From the NCBI GenBank assembly GCA_019310385.1, contig JAFDEK010000001.1, forward strand, positions 66,997-130,996: DNA of 64,000 nt, given 5' to 3'. Shown one piece after another: positions 19,063 through 27,218 of the stretch. The notes under the pieces were generated by a model. It saw nothing but the letters and a program-made list of their open reading frames with translations. It ran no database searches and was not told the origin of the DNA. The translations under genes and the position numbers were made by a program. The stretch's first letter is position 1. Every line of letters begins with the position of its first letter. The stretch is from Deltaproteobacteria bacterium. Its GTDB lineage: Bacteria > Myxococcota_A > UBA9160 > UBA4427.

Positions 19063-20261
19063 TGTGGAAGCCAGCTTCCCCCCTTTCCACCGGATGCCGG
19101 TGGCAGGCGAGACGCAGCCGGTCTCCCAGGAGCGCGAAACTCCGCTCGAAGAACGCGCTCCGGGCACGGCAGCGCGTCCGCGCACGCTTCTTGCAAAGTC
19201 CTATCGCAGCGGCCAGCCGCGGCGGCCAGGTCGCCGGAATCCACTGCGCGCAAGCACCACTTGGGAGCACCACGCGAAGACGCGCCGGGCACACGGGAGA
19301 AGCAGGTGATCACTCAATCGCTGCGCTATGGGGCTCGAGGCTGCTACGAGCGGTGGGGACGCGCGGCCGGCTTCGTGCTCGGCTTCTGGCTCGCCCTCCT
19401 GCTCCTGCTTCCCCTGGTGATCCACGAGCATCCGGTTGACCCGACGCAGGGCGCCTCGTCGCCCAGTCAAGTCAGACCTCATGACTGATTCCGCAACTCA
19501 GATTCCTCTACCACACGCGGGTTTCGCCACCCGCCTCGCCCGCGCGCTTTGGAGTCAGCCGCCACCAGCTTCTCTGTGGTAGGCGGTCGGCCCGCGACAG
19601 TTCCGGGGTAGTGGCGGTGATCGGGACGGTGACCAGGTGCGGACCCGCAGCGGCGATCCGTGACAAACCGACGAGATAACGGGCACTTACGGGCGTGCGG
19701 CTCGTGACGGGATGTCAAGGCGACAGTCAGCGCCTCGCGCCGTCCGCCCTAGGTCGCCGGCCACAAGACAGTCCCGGCGCAAGGTCCACTTACAAGCGCA
19801 CGATAGCCGACGTCGACGCCCCCATGGCGCTCGATGTCCCCGAGTGACTGATCCGCCGCTACCTCGCCTTCAATGGCGCACGACGCGAAAGTCACTCGCG
19901 AGGGGATGTACAAGTAGAAGCCCCGTTCACCGGGTAAAGGATAGTGTTTCACACTCGAAGACTTGCACGAGTCGGCCGCCGCACCCTGGGCTGTTGTGGC
20001 CTCACAGCGGCACGACAGGCCGTGCCGCCCGGGAAGCCCCCCACTTCGCTGTCACGGGAGCTTGCCTCACGCTGCCCGGAGTCGACTCCCAGCAGGGAAT
20101 CCAACTCAGAGGCGGGTACCAGTTTCGCCGGACCGACCAAGCCCGCAAGCCCGGCGTGAACTCCCCCACCCGCCTGCACGAGTGCCGCTATCCTCCTCTA
20201 CCTGAGCGTCCCCGGTGCGAACATCTGCGCCCAACCGTCGGGTGCGAGCGAGGTGAGTACG

Positions 20262-21338
20262 ATGCCCCATCGAGTTGTACAATGGACCACGGGCAACGTG
20301 GGGCGCCGGTCCCTACGGGCCATCGTGGCCAATCCAGAGCTCGAACTCGTGGGCTGCTACGCCTGGAGCGAAGACAAGGCCGGCTGCGACGCGGGCGCCC
20401 TCGCGGGCATTCCCGACACCGGCGTTGTGGCCACACGCGCCATCGAAGATTTGATCGCCCTCGAGCCGGACTGCATTAGCTACAACCCGATGTGGCCCGA
20501 CGTAGACGAGCTGGTGCGCTTCCTCGACGCCGGCATCAACGTCGCCGCCACCGCGGCCTTCATCACCGGGCACGCCCTGGGTGAAGAGGCGCGTCAGCGC
20601 ATCGAAGCCGCCTGTCAAAGGGGGCAGAGCTCGATCGTCGGATCAGGCATGAATCCGGGCTTTGCGAATCTCCTGGGCCTCGTTTCTGCGGGCATCTGTG
20701 ATCGCATCGATTGCATCAGCGTACTCGAGTCGGTGGATTCCACGGGCTACAACTCGCCCGAAACAGAGCTTCCCATCGGCTACGGTCGTCCCCCCACGGA
20801 CACTGCCCTACCCGACATGATTCGCCAGGGGACCGCCGTCTTCGGCGATGCGGTCATCATGATGGCTGATGCCCTTCACGTCGAAGTGGACGAGATCGTG
20901 TGCGAATCCGGGTGGGCGGTCGCCACGAAGCCCCTCGACCTCGGCTATATGCAGATCGAAGAAGGCTGCGTGGCGGGAATTGAAGCGAGCTGGCAGGGTC
21001 GTATCGACGGCCGCAAGGCCATCGATCTCAAGGTGCGCTGGCGAAAGGGTCAGGATCTCGAGCCCGACTGGCCTCTCGAGCATGGCTACCTGGTCGAGAT
21101 CGAAGGCCAGCCCTGCGTCAAGACCCGGCTCGAGATCCGTCCTCCTCCCGATTTCCAAGCCAAGAGCTTCGAGGACTTCATGCAGCTTGGCATGATCATA
21201 ACCTCGCTGCCCGCAGTCAACGCGATCCCCGCAATCTGCAAGGCAGCGCCAGGCATCCGCACCTATGCGGATCTGCCCCTGATCACGGGCGCGGGCTTCG
21301 TCCGGAGCAGCTACATACCAGAGCGCGACTCAAAATGA
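20262..21338 (+). CDS. DapB-like NAD(P)-dependent oxidoreductase (dihydrodipicolinate-reductase N-domain family)
   Basis: N-terminus RVVQWTTGNVGRRSLRAIVANPELELVGCYA, then a DapB-like fold pattern (IVGSGMNPGFANLL). GAGGTGAG Shine-Dalgarno element upstream of ATG 20262. The stop overlaps the next gene's start (ATGA). Confidence 0.7.
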   Translation: MPHRVVQWTTGNVGRRSLRAIVANPELELVGCYAWSEDKAGCDAGALAGIPDTGVVATRAIEDLIALEPDCISYNPMWPDVDELVRFLDAGINVAATAAFITGHALGEEARQRIEAACQRGQSSIVGSGMNPGFANLLGLVSAGICDRIDCISVLESVDSTGYNSPETELPIGYGRPPTDTALPDMIRQGTAVFGDAVIMMADALHVEVDEIVCESGWAVATKPLDLGYMQIEEGCVAGIEASWQGRIDGRKAIDLKVRWRKGQDLEPDWPLEHGYLVEIEGQPCVKTRLEIRPPPDFQAKSFEDFMQLGMIITSLPAVNAIPAICKAAPGIRTYADLPLITGAGFVRSSYIPERDSK

Positions 21339-23521
21339 GCCGGCACGCGCACACCATCTGTCGCGCCTGCCATGCAGGTTGTGGCGTCATCGTGGAGATC
21401 GAGGACGGACGGCCCCAGTCCGTACGCGGAGACCCGAACAATCCCCTCTACAAGGGCTTCTGCTGTATCAAGGGTCAGAATATGGCAGCCAGCTGGGCGA
21501 ATTCGAAGCGTCTGCTGCAATCACAGAAGCGCCAGCCGGACGGCCGCTACTCCCCGATACCCGTCGAGCAGGCGATGGACGAGATCGCAGAGCGGCTGCA
21601 GCAGATTCTCGCTAGTCGGGGCACGAGAGCCATCGCGACCTATTCGGGAACCATGGCAACCAACGCAGGCGCCGCCAACGGCGCTGTGACGTCTGCCTTT
21701 CTGAAGGCGATCGGATCGCGCATGGGCTTCAACTCCAACACCATCGATCAGCCCGGCAAATTCGTTGCGGCGGCGCTCTTCGGAGGCTGGATGGCGCCGC
21801 CCCAACATTTCGCCCAGGCGCGAGTTGCCCTGCTGGTCGGATGCAATCCCCTGGTGGCCATGTCGGGAGGAGTGCCGCACACGAACCCGGGTCGCAGTCT
21901 GACGGATGCGCTCAAACGAGGGCTCTCTCTCATCGTCATCGACCCGCGCCGCAGCGAGACGGCGCGGCGCGCGAGCGTGCATCTTCAGCCCAGGCCGGGC
22001 GAGGATGTCGCCATCCTGGCGGCGCTGATCCGGGTGATTCTCGACGAGGAGCTTCACGACGCGCTCTTCGTGGACGAGCATCTGGACGGCGTTGAGGCTC
22101 TGCGCGAGGCCGTGGCACCCTTTACCCCGGAGCGCGTCGCGCGACGAGCCGATGTCGCTGCGGCGGATCTGGTCGCGGCCGCGCGAATCTTTGCCCGAAA
22201 CGGCCCCGGTGTCGCCACCGCGGGCACCGGACCGAACATGTCGGGCCACACCACCCTGCTCGAGTACCTGCTGCGCTGCCTCAACACGATCTGCGGCCGT
22301 TGGCAACGGCAGGGCGAGCAGGTGATCGAACCTGCGACCCTGGGCCAGCCCACTCAGGCTCGCGCGCAGGCAATGCCCCCCTACACGCAGTACGCGTACG
22401 GCTTCGGCGAGAAGCTCCGCGTGCGCGACCTGGCCAACACCGCCGCGGGCATGCCCACCGCCGCCCTGGCGGACGAGATTCTCATGCCAGGCCAAGGCCA
22501 GGTCCGCGCTTTGATCAGCCACGGAGGCAATCCCGTAGCTGCCTGGCCCGATCAGCTCAAGACCATCGAGGCGATGAAGACACTCGATTTGCTGGTGCAG
22601 ATCGACACCCGGATGTCCGCTACGGCCAAGCTCGCCGACTATGTGGTTGCTGTGAAGCATCCCCTCGAGATGCCCGGAATCTCCCTCACCCAGGAGTACT
22701 TGAGCGCCTACGCGGTGGGTTTCGGGACGACGGCACCCTATGCCCAATACACACCCGCGCTGGTCGAGCCCCCGGCTGGCGCGGACGTGATCGACGACTG
22801 GTTGTTCTTCTACGGACTCGCCCAGAGGATGGGCGTCCAGCTCATGATCAAGCCTGTCTCCTTTTCGGGGACGCTGCGCGTGCCTCCTCAAGCCATTGAC
22901 ATGATCGAGCCACCGAGCACCGACGAGCTCTTCGAGATGGTTACCAGGGGGTCGAGAATTGCCTTGGCAGAAGTTCGTCAACACCCTGCTGGGGCCATCT
23001 TTCCCGACCCTCCCGTCTTCGTCCAGGCGAAGGAGGAGGGCTGGCAGGGACGCATGAACGCCGGCAATGCGCAGATGCTCGTCGACCTGACCGACGTCGG
23101 TCGCGAGGATCCGTCTGGCGCTGAAGACCTGCCCTTCCGACTCATCTCTCGGCGCCAGATGAATGTCCTCAACTCTGTCGGACAGGACAATCCCGGCCAG
23201 CACCGCGGTCGGACCTACAACCCCGCCTACCTGCATCCGGAAGATCTCGCCGAGCTGAAGCTTGCGGCGGGAGACTGCGTCGAGATCCGCTCCGACCACG
23301 CCAGCATCGTGGGGATCGTAGAGATCGACCGCAACCTGCGCCGCGGCCTCGTATCCATGGCGCACAGCTGGGGAGAGGGCCCGGAGCGCGATCACGAAGT
23401 GCGCGAGATTGGTGCCAATACCGGGCGCCTCACATCCATTGACCGGGAGTTCGAGCGCTATACAGGTTTGCCGCGAATGAGCAACATTCCCGTGGCGATC
23501 AAGCCACTTGCGCTTGACTGA
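21335..23521 (+). CDS. Molybdopterin-dependent oxidoreductase (MopB superfamily), cytoplasmic, substrate unknown
   Basis: N-terminal CX2CX3CX26C iron-sulfur motif (ICRACHAGCGV...KGFCCIKG), 728 aa, and a C-terminal molybdopterin-dinucleotide-binding-like region (IRSDHASIVGIVEID...GLVSMAHSWG). No twin-arginine signal. Confidence 0.85.
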   Translation: MSRHAHTICRACHAGCGVIVEIEDGRPQSVRGDPNNPLYKGFCCIKGQNMAASWANSKRLLQSQKRQPDGRYSPIPVEQAMDEIAERLQQILASRGTRAIATYSGTMATNAGAANGAVTSAFLKAIGSRMGFNSNTIDQPGKFVAAALFGGWMAPPQHFAQARVALLVGCNPLVAMSGGVPHTNPGRSLTDALKRGLSLIVIDPRRSETARRASVHLQPRPGEDVAILAALIRVILDEELHDALFVDEHLDGVEALREAVAPFTPERVARRADVAAADLVAAARIFARNGPGVATAGTGPNMSGHTTLLEYLLRCLNTICGRWQRQGEQVIEPATLGQPTQARAQAMPPYTQYAYGFGEKLRVRDLANTAAGMPTAALADEILMPGQGQVRALISHGGNPVAAWPDQLKTIEAMKTLDLLVQIDTRMSATAKLADYVVAVKHPLEMPGISLTQEYLSAYAVGFGTTAPYAQYTPALVEPPAGADVIDDWLFFYGLAQRMGVQLMIKPVSFSGTLRVPPQAIDMIEPPSTDELFEMVTRGSRIALAEVRQHPAGAIFPDPPVFVQAKEEGWQGRMNAGNAQMLVDLTDVGREDPSGAEDLPFRLISRRQMNVLNSVGQDNPGQHRGRTYNPAYLHPEDLAELKLAAGDCVEIRSDHASIVGIVEIDRNLRRGLVSMAHSWGEGPERDHEVREIGANTGRLTSIDREFERYTGLPRMSNIPVAIKPLALD

Positions 23522-23787
23522 CCGTCAATCGCTCGCCTTTGATTTCGGCTGGTCCCCACGGGTTGTGCCACACGCCCCAAGGCCGCGCCCTCCCCTCACT
23601 GCCGGGAGACGACGCAACAACCATCGCATTGCGCGTGGCCAAGCCTTGGCTGGACGGGTCTTGCGGAAACGACCATTCCTCACGAATTCCGCGAACTCCG
23701 TGCACGACGAGACGTGGAGTACCTGGATCTAGTTCAATGGGAGACCCCCCAGCTCTGCTGGGGAGGCAGTAGCAGTTTGACAATTTC

Positions 23788-23807
23788 GGGAGTCTCATGA
23801 GACTCCC
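23788..23807. promoter_or_regulatory. Perfect 20-nt palindrome
   Basis: GGGAGTCTCA|TGAGACTCCC, about 100 nt upstream of the 23906 ORF. Its function is unknown (operator or hairpin). Confidence 0.25.
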
Positions 23808-23905
23808 TCCCGTGAGCCGCCAAGCATCGCGAGAACAGCGGGCTGTAGGATGCGACTTTCGCGGATCGGGGACACGAGCGATCCCAACCAGAGGGTAATG
23901 CGCAG

Positions 23906-24460
23906 ATGGGTGCGGATGACAAGCTGCGAGCAATCAGGACCCCGATTCGACAAGATGTGACCTTGTATTTCTCCGGGCGCCTCGCCTGTCGGCTGCACGG
24001 CTATCTCGCTCGCACCGATTGCCGGAAAGAGGACTTCCTTGAGATTTCGTCGACGCTCCAGATGCCAGACGTCCCTTGCTTCGATCGAGATCGGCGTTCT
24101 GAGCGTGGTTGGGCGCAGGAGAACGAGGGGTCAAGCGCCGCCCAGGAATGGATTCATCCATTCACATACTTCCCGCCAAAGGTGGCAGTGCTGATCTTTG
24201 GCGGATTTACGTTCATGGATCGGGGACTCGCTACGGGTATTGCGAGGAGCGTTCGCCCAATCGCCATCTACTTGCGGACCTCAGATGAGGAGTCACGCGA
24301 CTGGCTTGGGGTCGATGTCGCTCGGCACGCTGCGTGTGATGCTCGCGCAATGCATGTCATCGACTTGGAAATCGCCGAGGTCGATGTTGACGATCGGGAA
24401 CTCGCTGAGGTAGTCCGGTCACTCAAAGAGATCCCGGTCATGAGCGAGTGCCTCTCGTGA
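23906..24460 (+). CDS. Hypothetical protein on low-GC island
   Basis: Only sizeable ORF in this stretch. My hand count of line 24161-24220 gives 29/60 G+C. I recognise no family and the start is uncertain (internal Met codons are available). Confidence 0.3.
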   Translation: MGADDKLRAIRTPIRQDVTLYFSGRLACRLHGYLARTDCRKEDFLEISSTLQMPDVPCFDRDRRSERGWAQENEGSSAAQEWIHPFTYFPPKVAVLIFGGFTFMDRGLATGIARSVRPIAIYLRTSDEESRDWLGVDVARHAACDARAMHVIDLEIAEVDVDDRELAEVVRSLKEIPVMSECLS

Positions 24461-24519
24461 TGCATTCAGCGCCCTTGATCCAAGCTCCCTTGCCCGACGG
24501 CGGCTGCGCCAGAAAGGCA

Positions 24520-24629
24520 CCGTGCCGGCTGAGGCGCGCACATTGGGGCCCCAGATCGAGCCCCGGGTCCCCCGACTCGCCGAGCGAGGGGGTCCCCCAC
24601 CCCCCGTTTCGCCGGCAGCCAGATCAGAG
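24520..24629. repeat. Copy A of a ~110-nt GC-rich repeat element
   Basis: Aligns along its whole length with 25893-26000. Shared blocks: CCGGCTGAGGCGCGCAC, GGGGCCCCAGA, GCCCCGGGTCCCC, GAGGGG.TCCCCC.ACCCCCC and TCGCCGGCAGCCAGATC. Confidence 0.85.
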
Positions 24630-24797
24630 CAGCCCGGCTCCCGCGTGGTCCGCGAAGGCGTCCACACGCCTCGTGTACACCCGCACCATCGCGTGCGAGC
24701 GGTGCCCCGTGTGGTCCATGATGCGCTCGGCCGTCGCGCCCTTCTCGGCCGCGCTGGTGGCACAGCCTGCCGGCAGCCTGTGCGCCCAAAATCGTTG
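24624..24797 (-). pseudogene. 3'-terminal fragment of a tyrosine recombinase/phage integrase
   Basis: Manual minus-strand translation gives FWAHRLPAGCATSAAEKGATAERIMDHTGHRSHAMVRVYTRRVDAFADHAGAGLL*. This is box II of tyrosine recombinases (H-x-L-R then GH..-..M...Y), with the conserved Arg replaced by Pro. There is no N-terminal part, and the LamG gene's stop abuts it at 24800. Confidence 0.7.
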
Positions 24798-24799
24798 CC

Positions 24800-25615
24800 C
24801 TACACCAGGGGCAACCGTCTCCCAGCAAGTCCGAAGACACCTATCCCTGCGAGCAAGGCGCCAAGCAGCGCGATGCTAGGCGGGCTCAGGGAGGGCGCGG
24901 GCTGAGCGCCACTCTTCCCTGTGCTACCTGAGTCGTAGATCGCGAGGATTTCAGACGTCGAGAGCGCACGGGCATAGACGGTCGGCTCATCGATCAGTCC
25001 GTCGAAAAACTGGTCCGAGTTGTAGGTTCTCATGCCAATGTTGAGCGACGCCACCGTCCCAGTTGGGGTCCGAGTCTCCTCTCCGGTCGCGACGAGCTCA
25101 CCGTTCAGATACAAGCGCGCCGAGTTCGCGTCATTGTCGAAGACAAAGGCCACGTGCGAGAAAATCCCCGCTGCCACGTCTGCGGGGGACGAGGACGCGG
25201 AGCAAGCGCCACTGTCGAAGTAGCCACACAGTGCGCCGTTGGCGGAGACTGCGAAACCCACGCGGTTGTCAGAGTCGCCAGTTCCCTTTTCGAGGAATAC
25301 AGCGTTCCTCATGGAGTCCGGCTGGATCCACATCTCGATCGTGAACGACGAGCCCAGCGCGAGCGAGACGCTCCCCGGCACCTCGACACGGTCGTCCACG
25401 CCGTCCAGCGAGAACGCCTGCCCCACCATGCCAGTCGCATAGGTTCCACCGTTCAGGAGTACCCCGTCATTCGTGCCGACGATGTCGTTCGCGTTCCCAT
25501 CACCCGGCCACCAGGCCACAGCGTCCACCACCTCAGCCTGTAGATCAGAGGCTAGGAGTCCCATCAGCCCCACCACTGCCCCTAGACGCCAACCACGGCC
25601 TAGACAGAACCGCAT
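24800..25615 (-). CDS. LamG (concanavalin-A-like lectin) domain protein with signal peptide and PEP-CTERM-like sorting tail
   Basis: GGAGGG sits 7 nt before the ATG. Signal peptide MRFCLGRGWRLGAVVGLMGLLASDLQA. LamG-type pattern (GQAFSLDGVDDRVEVP...FTIEMWI...HVAFVFD...ARLYLNGELV...FFDGLIDEPTVYARALS). C-terminus PAPSLSPPSIALLGALLAGIGVFGLAGRR. Confidence 0.75.
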   Translation of the reverse strand: MRFCLGRGWRLGAVVGLMGLLASDLQAEVVDAVAWWPGDGNANDIVGTNDGVLLNGGTYATGMVGQAFSLDGVDDRVEVPGSVSLALGSSFTIEMWIQPDSMRNAVFLEKGTGDSDNRVGFAVSANGALCGYFDSGACSASSSPADVAAGIFSHVAFVFDNDANSARLYLNGELVATGEETRTPTGTVASLNIGMRTYNSDQFFDGLIDEPTVYARALSTSEILAIYDSGSTGKSGAQPAPSLSPPSIALLGALLAGIGVFGLAGRRLPLV

Positions 25616-25892
25616 TGAAATTCCCTCCAGCGTTGAGTGTCCCGAGCGCGCATTATGGGCAGAAAATTCGGTCGAAGAACACTGAATATGCCTGAACTAC
25701 CGCATTGCGGAGGCGCAATTCCCCCCATTGCAGACGCCCCCCCCGGCAGCGGCCCCTTGAAGAGCGGCCAGGGCTCGCCGCCGTTGTGGCGCTTGCGGAG
25801 CCAGACGAGCTCGCGGCGCAGCCCCCCCCCGTCGAGAACCACAGACATTGATCTCGGGGCTGAGTGTCAGATTGGGATTTTTTCCGGGGGCT

Positions 25893-26000
25893 CCGTACCG
25901 GCTGAGGCGCGCACCGCGGGGCCCCAGAACGGCCCCGGGTCCCCTGCCACCCGGTCCGAGGGGTCCCCCCACCCCCCCCTCGCCGGCAGCCAGATCGGAG
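25893..26000. repeat. Copy B of the ~110-nt GC-rich repeat element
   Basis: See copy A. Same orientation, about 1.37 kb away, flanking the LamG gene. Confidence 0.85.
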
Positions 26001-26349
26001 GAGTTCTGCTCAGGTGCCGCCTTCCACGGCGACCTTGCCCGCCGTGACGGGGATCGGGCGTGCCGGCCCCAGGTTGGCCATGCACCCCGCAATTCCGTTC
26101 CCCTGGCGATCGTGTGGTCAGCGCCGCGCGTCTACCGACCAACGCGATCAGGCCACCGCGGTCCCAACTGGGTCTTGGTGGTGACCCAGGAAGCACACGG
26201 CAAGAAACGCCAACCACCTCAGCGGCTTACGACCGTGGACCATTGACCGTCGATCAGGTGTGCCGCTGCGAGCTTGGCCTGATCGAGCCTCAGGTGGGCG
26301 CGGGAGCGCCCCCGGCTCCCTAGCCCGGTACCGGAGCGCGCAGCAGTGA

Positions 26350-27213
26350 TCAGGTGCGCGGCGCGGCGCGCCGCGAGACGAGGGACGCCGCGTGGCTGCG
26401 CAGTGTGCGGAGCTCGTCTTCACGCAGCGGCCGGGCCTCTCCGCGCCGCAGCTTTCCCAGGCGCAGCGGTCCCATGCGCACCCGCACGAGCTTCTTCACG
26501 GGATGCTTGAGCACGAGCAGGCTGCGCCGGATCTGCCGCTTGCGCCCCTCGGAGATCGTGAGCGTGAAGCTGGTGAGGTTCGCATCGGCGTCGTAGCGGT
26601 TCCGCCCGATCCGTGCGGGCGCCGTGCGTCCCTCGTCGAGGTACACGCCTTTGGCCAGCCGATCGAAGGTCTTGCGCTCGACCTCGCCGCGCACCATCAC
26701 GCGGTACTCGCGCTCGTTGCCCAGGGAGGGATGCAGGAGCTGCTGGGTCAGGGCTCCGTCGTTGGTGAGGAGCAGCAGCCCGGAGGTCTCGCGATCCAGT
26801 CTGCCCACCGGATAGATGCGGCCGACATTGCGCGGGAGCAGGCCCAGCACCGTCGGGCGGCCCTCGGGATCCCGCACGGTGCTCACGACACCTTCGGGCT
26901 TGTTGACGAGCCAGTAGACGAGCTTCTCCGCGCGAATCCGCTCGCCGTCGAACTCGACCCGGTCGCGTCCGGGGTCGGCCAGATCGCCGAGGCCAGCAGT
27001 CTCGCCGTTGATCGTCACGCGTCCCTGGCGGATCAGCTCTTCGGCACCCCGGCGCGATGCGAAACCGGCACCGGCAAGGATCTTCTGCACGCGAACCGGC
27101 TCGCCGGGCGAGTGGGTGCCAGCTCCTGCTTGCCCGGGCGCCTCTGCACCCCGGGCGGAGTCGGCGGAGGTCGGGCGGCGTCGTCGGTGACGTGGAGATC
27201 GGCCGTGGGGCAT
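26350..27213 (-). CDS. RsuA/RluB-family 23S rRNA pseudouridine synthase
   Basis: S4 domain (VRVQKILAGAGFASRRGAEELIRQGRVTING) and catalytic motif PVGRLDRETSGLLLLTNDG. Confidence 0.85.
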   Translation of the reverse strand: MPHGRSPRHRRRRPTSADSARGAEAPGQAGAGTHSPGEPVRVQKILAGAGFASRRGAEELIRQGRVTINGETAGLGDLADPGRDRVEFDGERIRAEKLVYWLVNKPEGVVSTVRDPEGRPTVLGLLPRNVGRIYPVGRLDRETSGLLLLTNDGALTQQLLHPSLGNEREYRVMVRGEVERKTFDRLAKGVYLDEGRTAPARIGRNRYDADANLTSFTLTISEGRKRQIRRSLLVLKHPVKKLVRVRMGPLRLGKLRRGEARPLREDELRTLRSHAASLVSRRAAPRT

Positions 27214-27218
27214 GGCTT

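Larger units (their letters stand above)
23522..26349. mobile_element. Decayed integrative-element remnant (low coding density, low GC, integrase fragment, direct repeats)
   Basis: Contains a tyrosine-recombinase 3' fragment, two ~110-nt direct repeats, C8/C9 homopolymer tracts and a lower-GC ORF. Flanked by higher-GC housekeeping genes. The boundaries are approximate. Confidence 0.45.

Noticed and set aside
19261-19488. 75-codon ORF with one hydrophobic helix (GFVLGFWLALLLLLPLVI) inside the non-coding stretch.
   Set aside because: There is no ribosome-binding site that I could see and the flanks are Arg/Gly-rich. A single hydrophobic run is easily produced by chance in CT-rich sequence.
19063-20252. 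Known housekeeping RNAs (RNase P, tmRNA, SRP/4.5S, 6S), cobalamin or Moco riboswitch, and group II intron domain V in the long non-coding stretch.
   Set aside because: I could not find the diagnostic conserved strings (GGAAAGUCCGGGC, a tRNA-like 3' end with GGUUCGA.UCC...CCA, a GGAA tetraloop SRP helix, a B12 box) on either strand. The stretch is reported only as unexplained, and a covariance-model search is needed.
25600-25848. 82-codon minus-strand ORF (MSVVLDGGGLRRELVWLRKRHNGGEPWPLF...) upstream of the LamG gene.
   Set aside because: It overlaps the LamG ribosome-binding site and start, runs through poly-G tracts, and I recognise no family. It is possibly a relic, but this cannot be supported.
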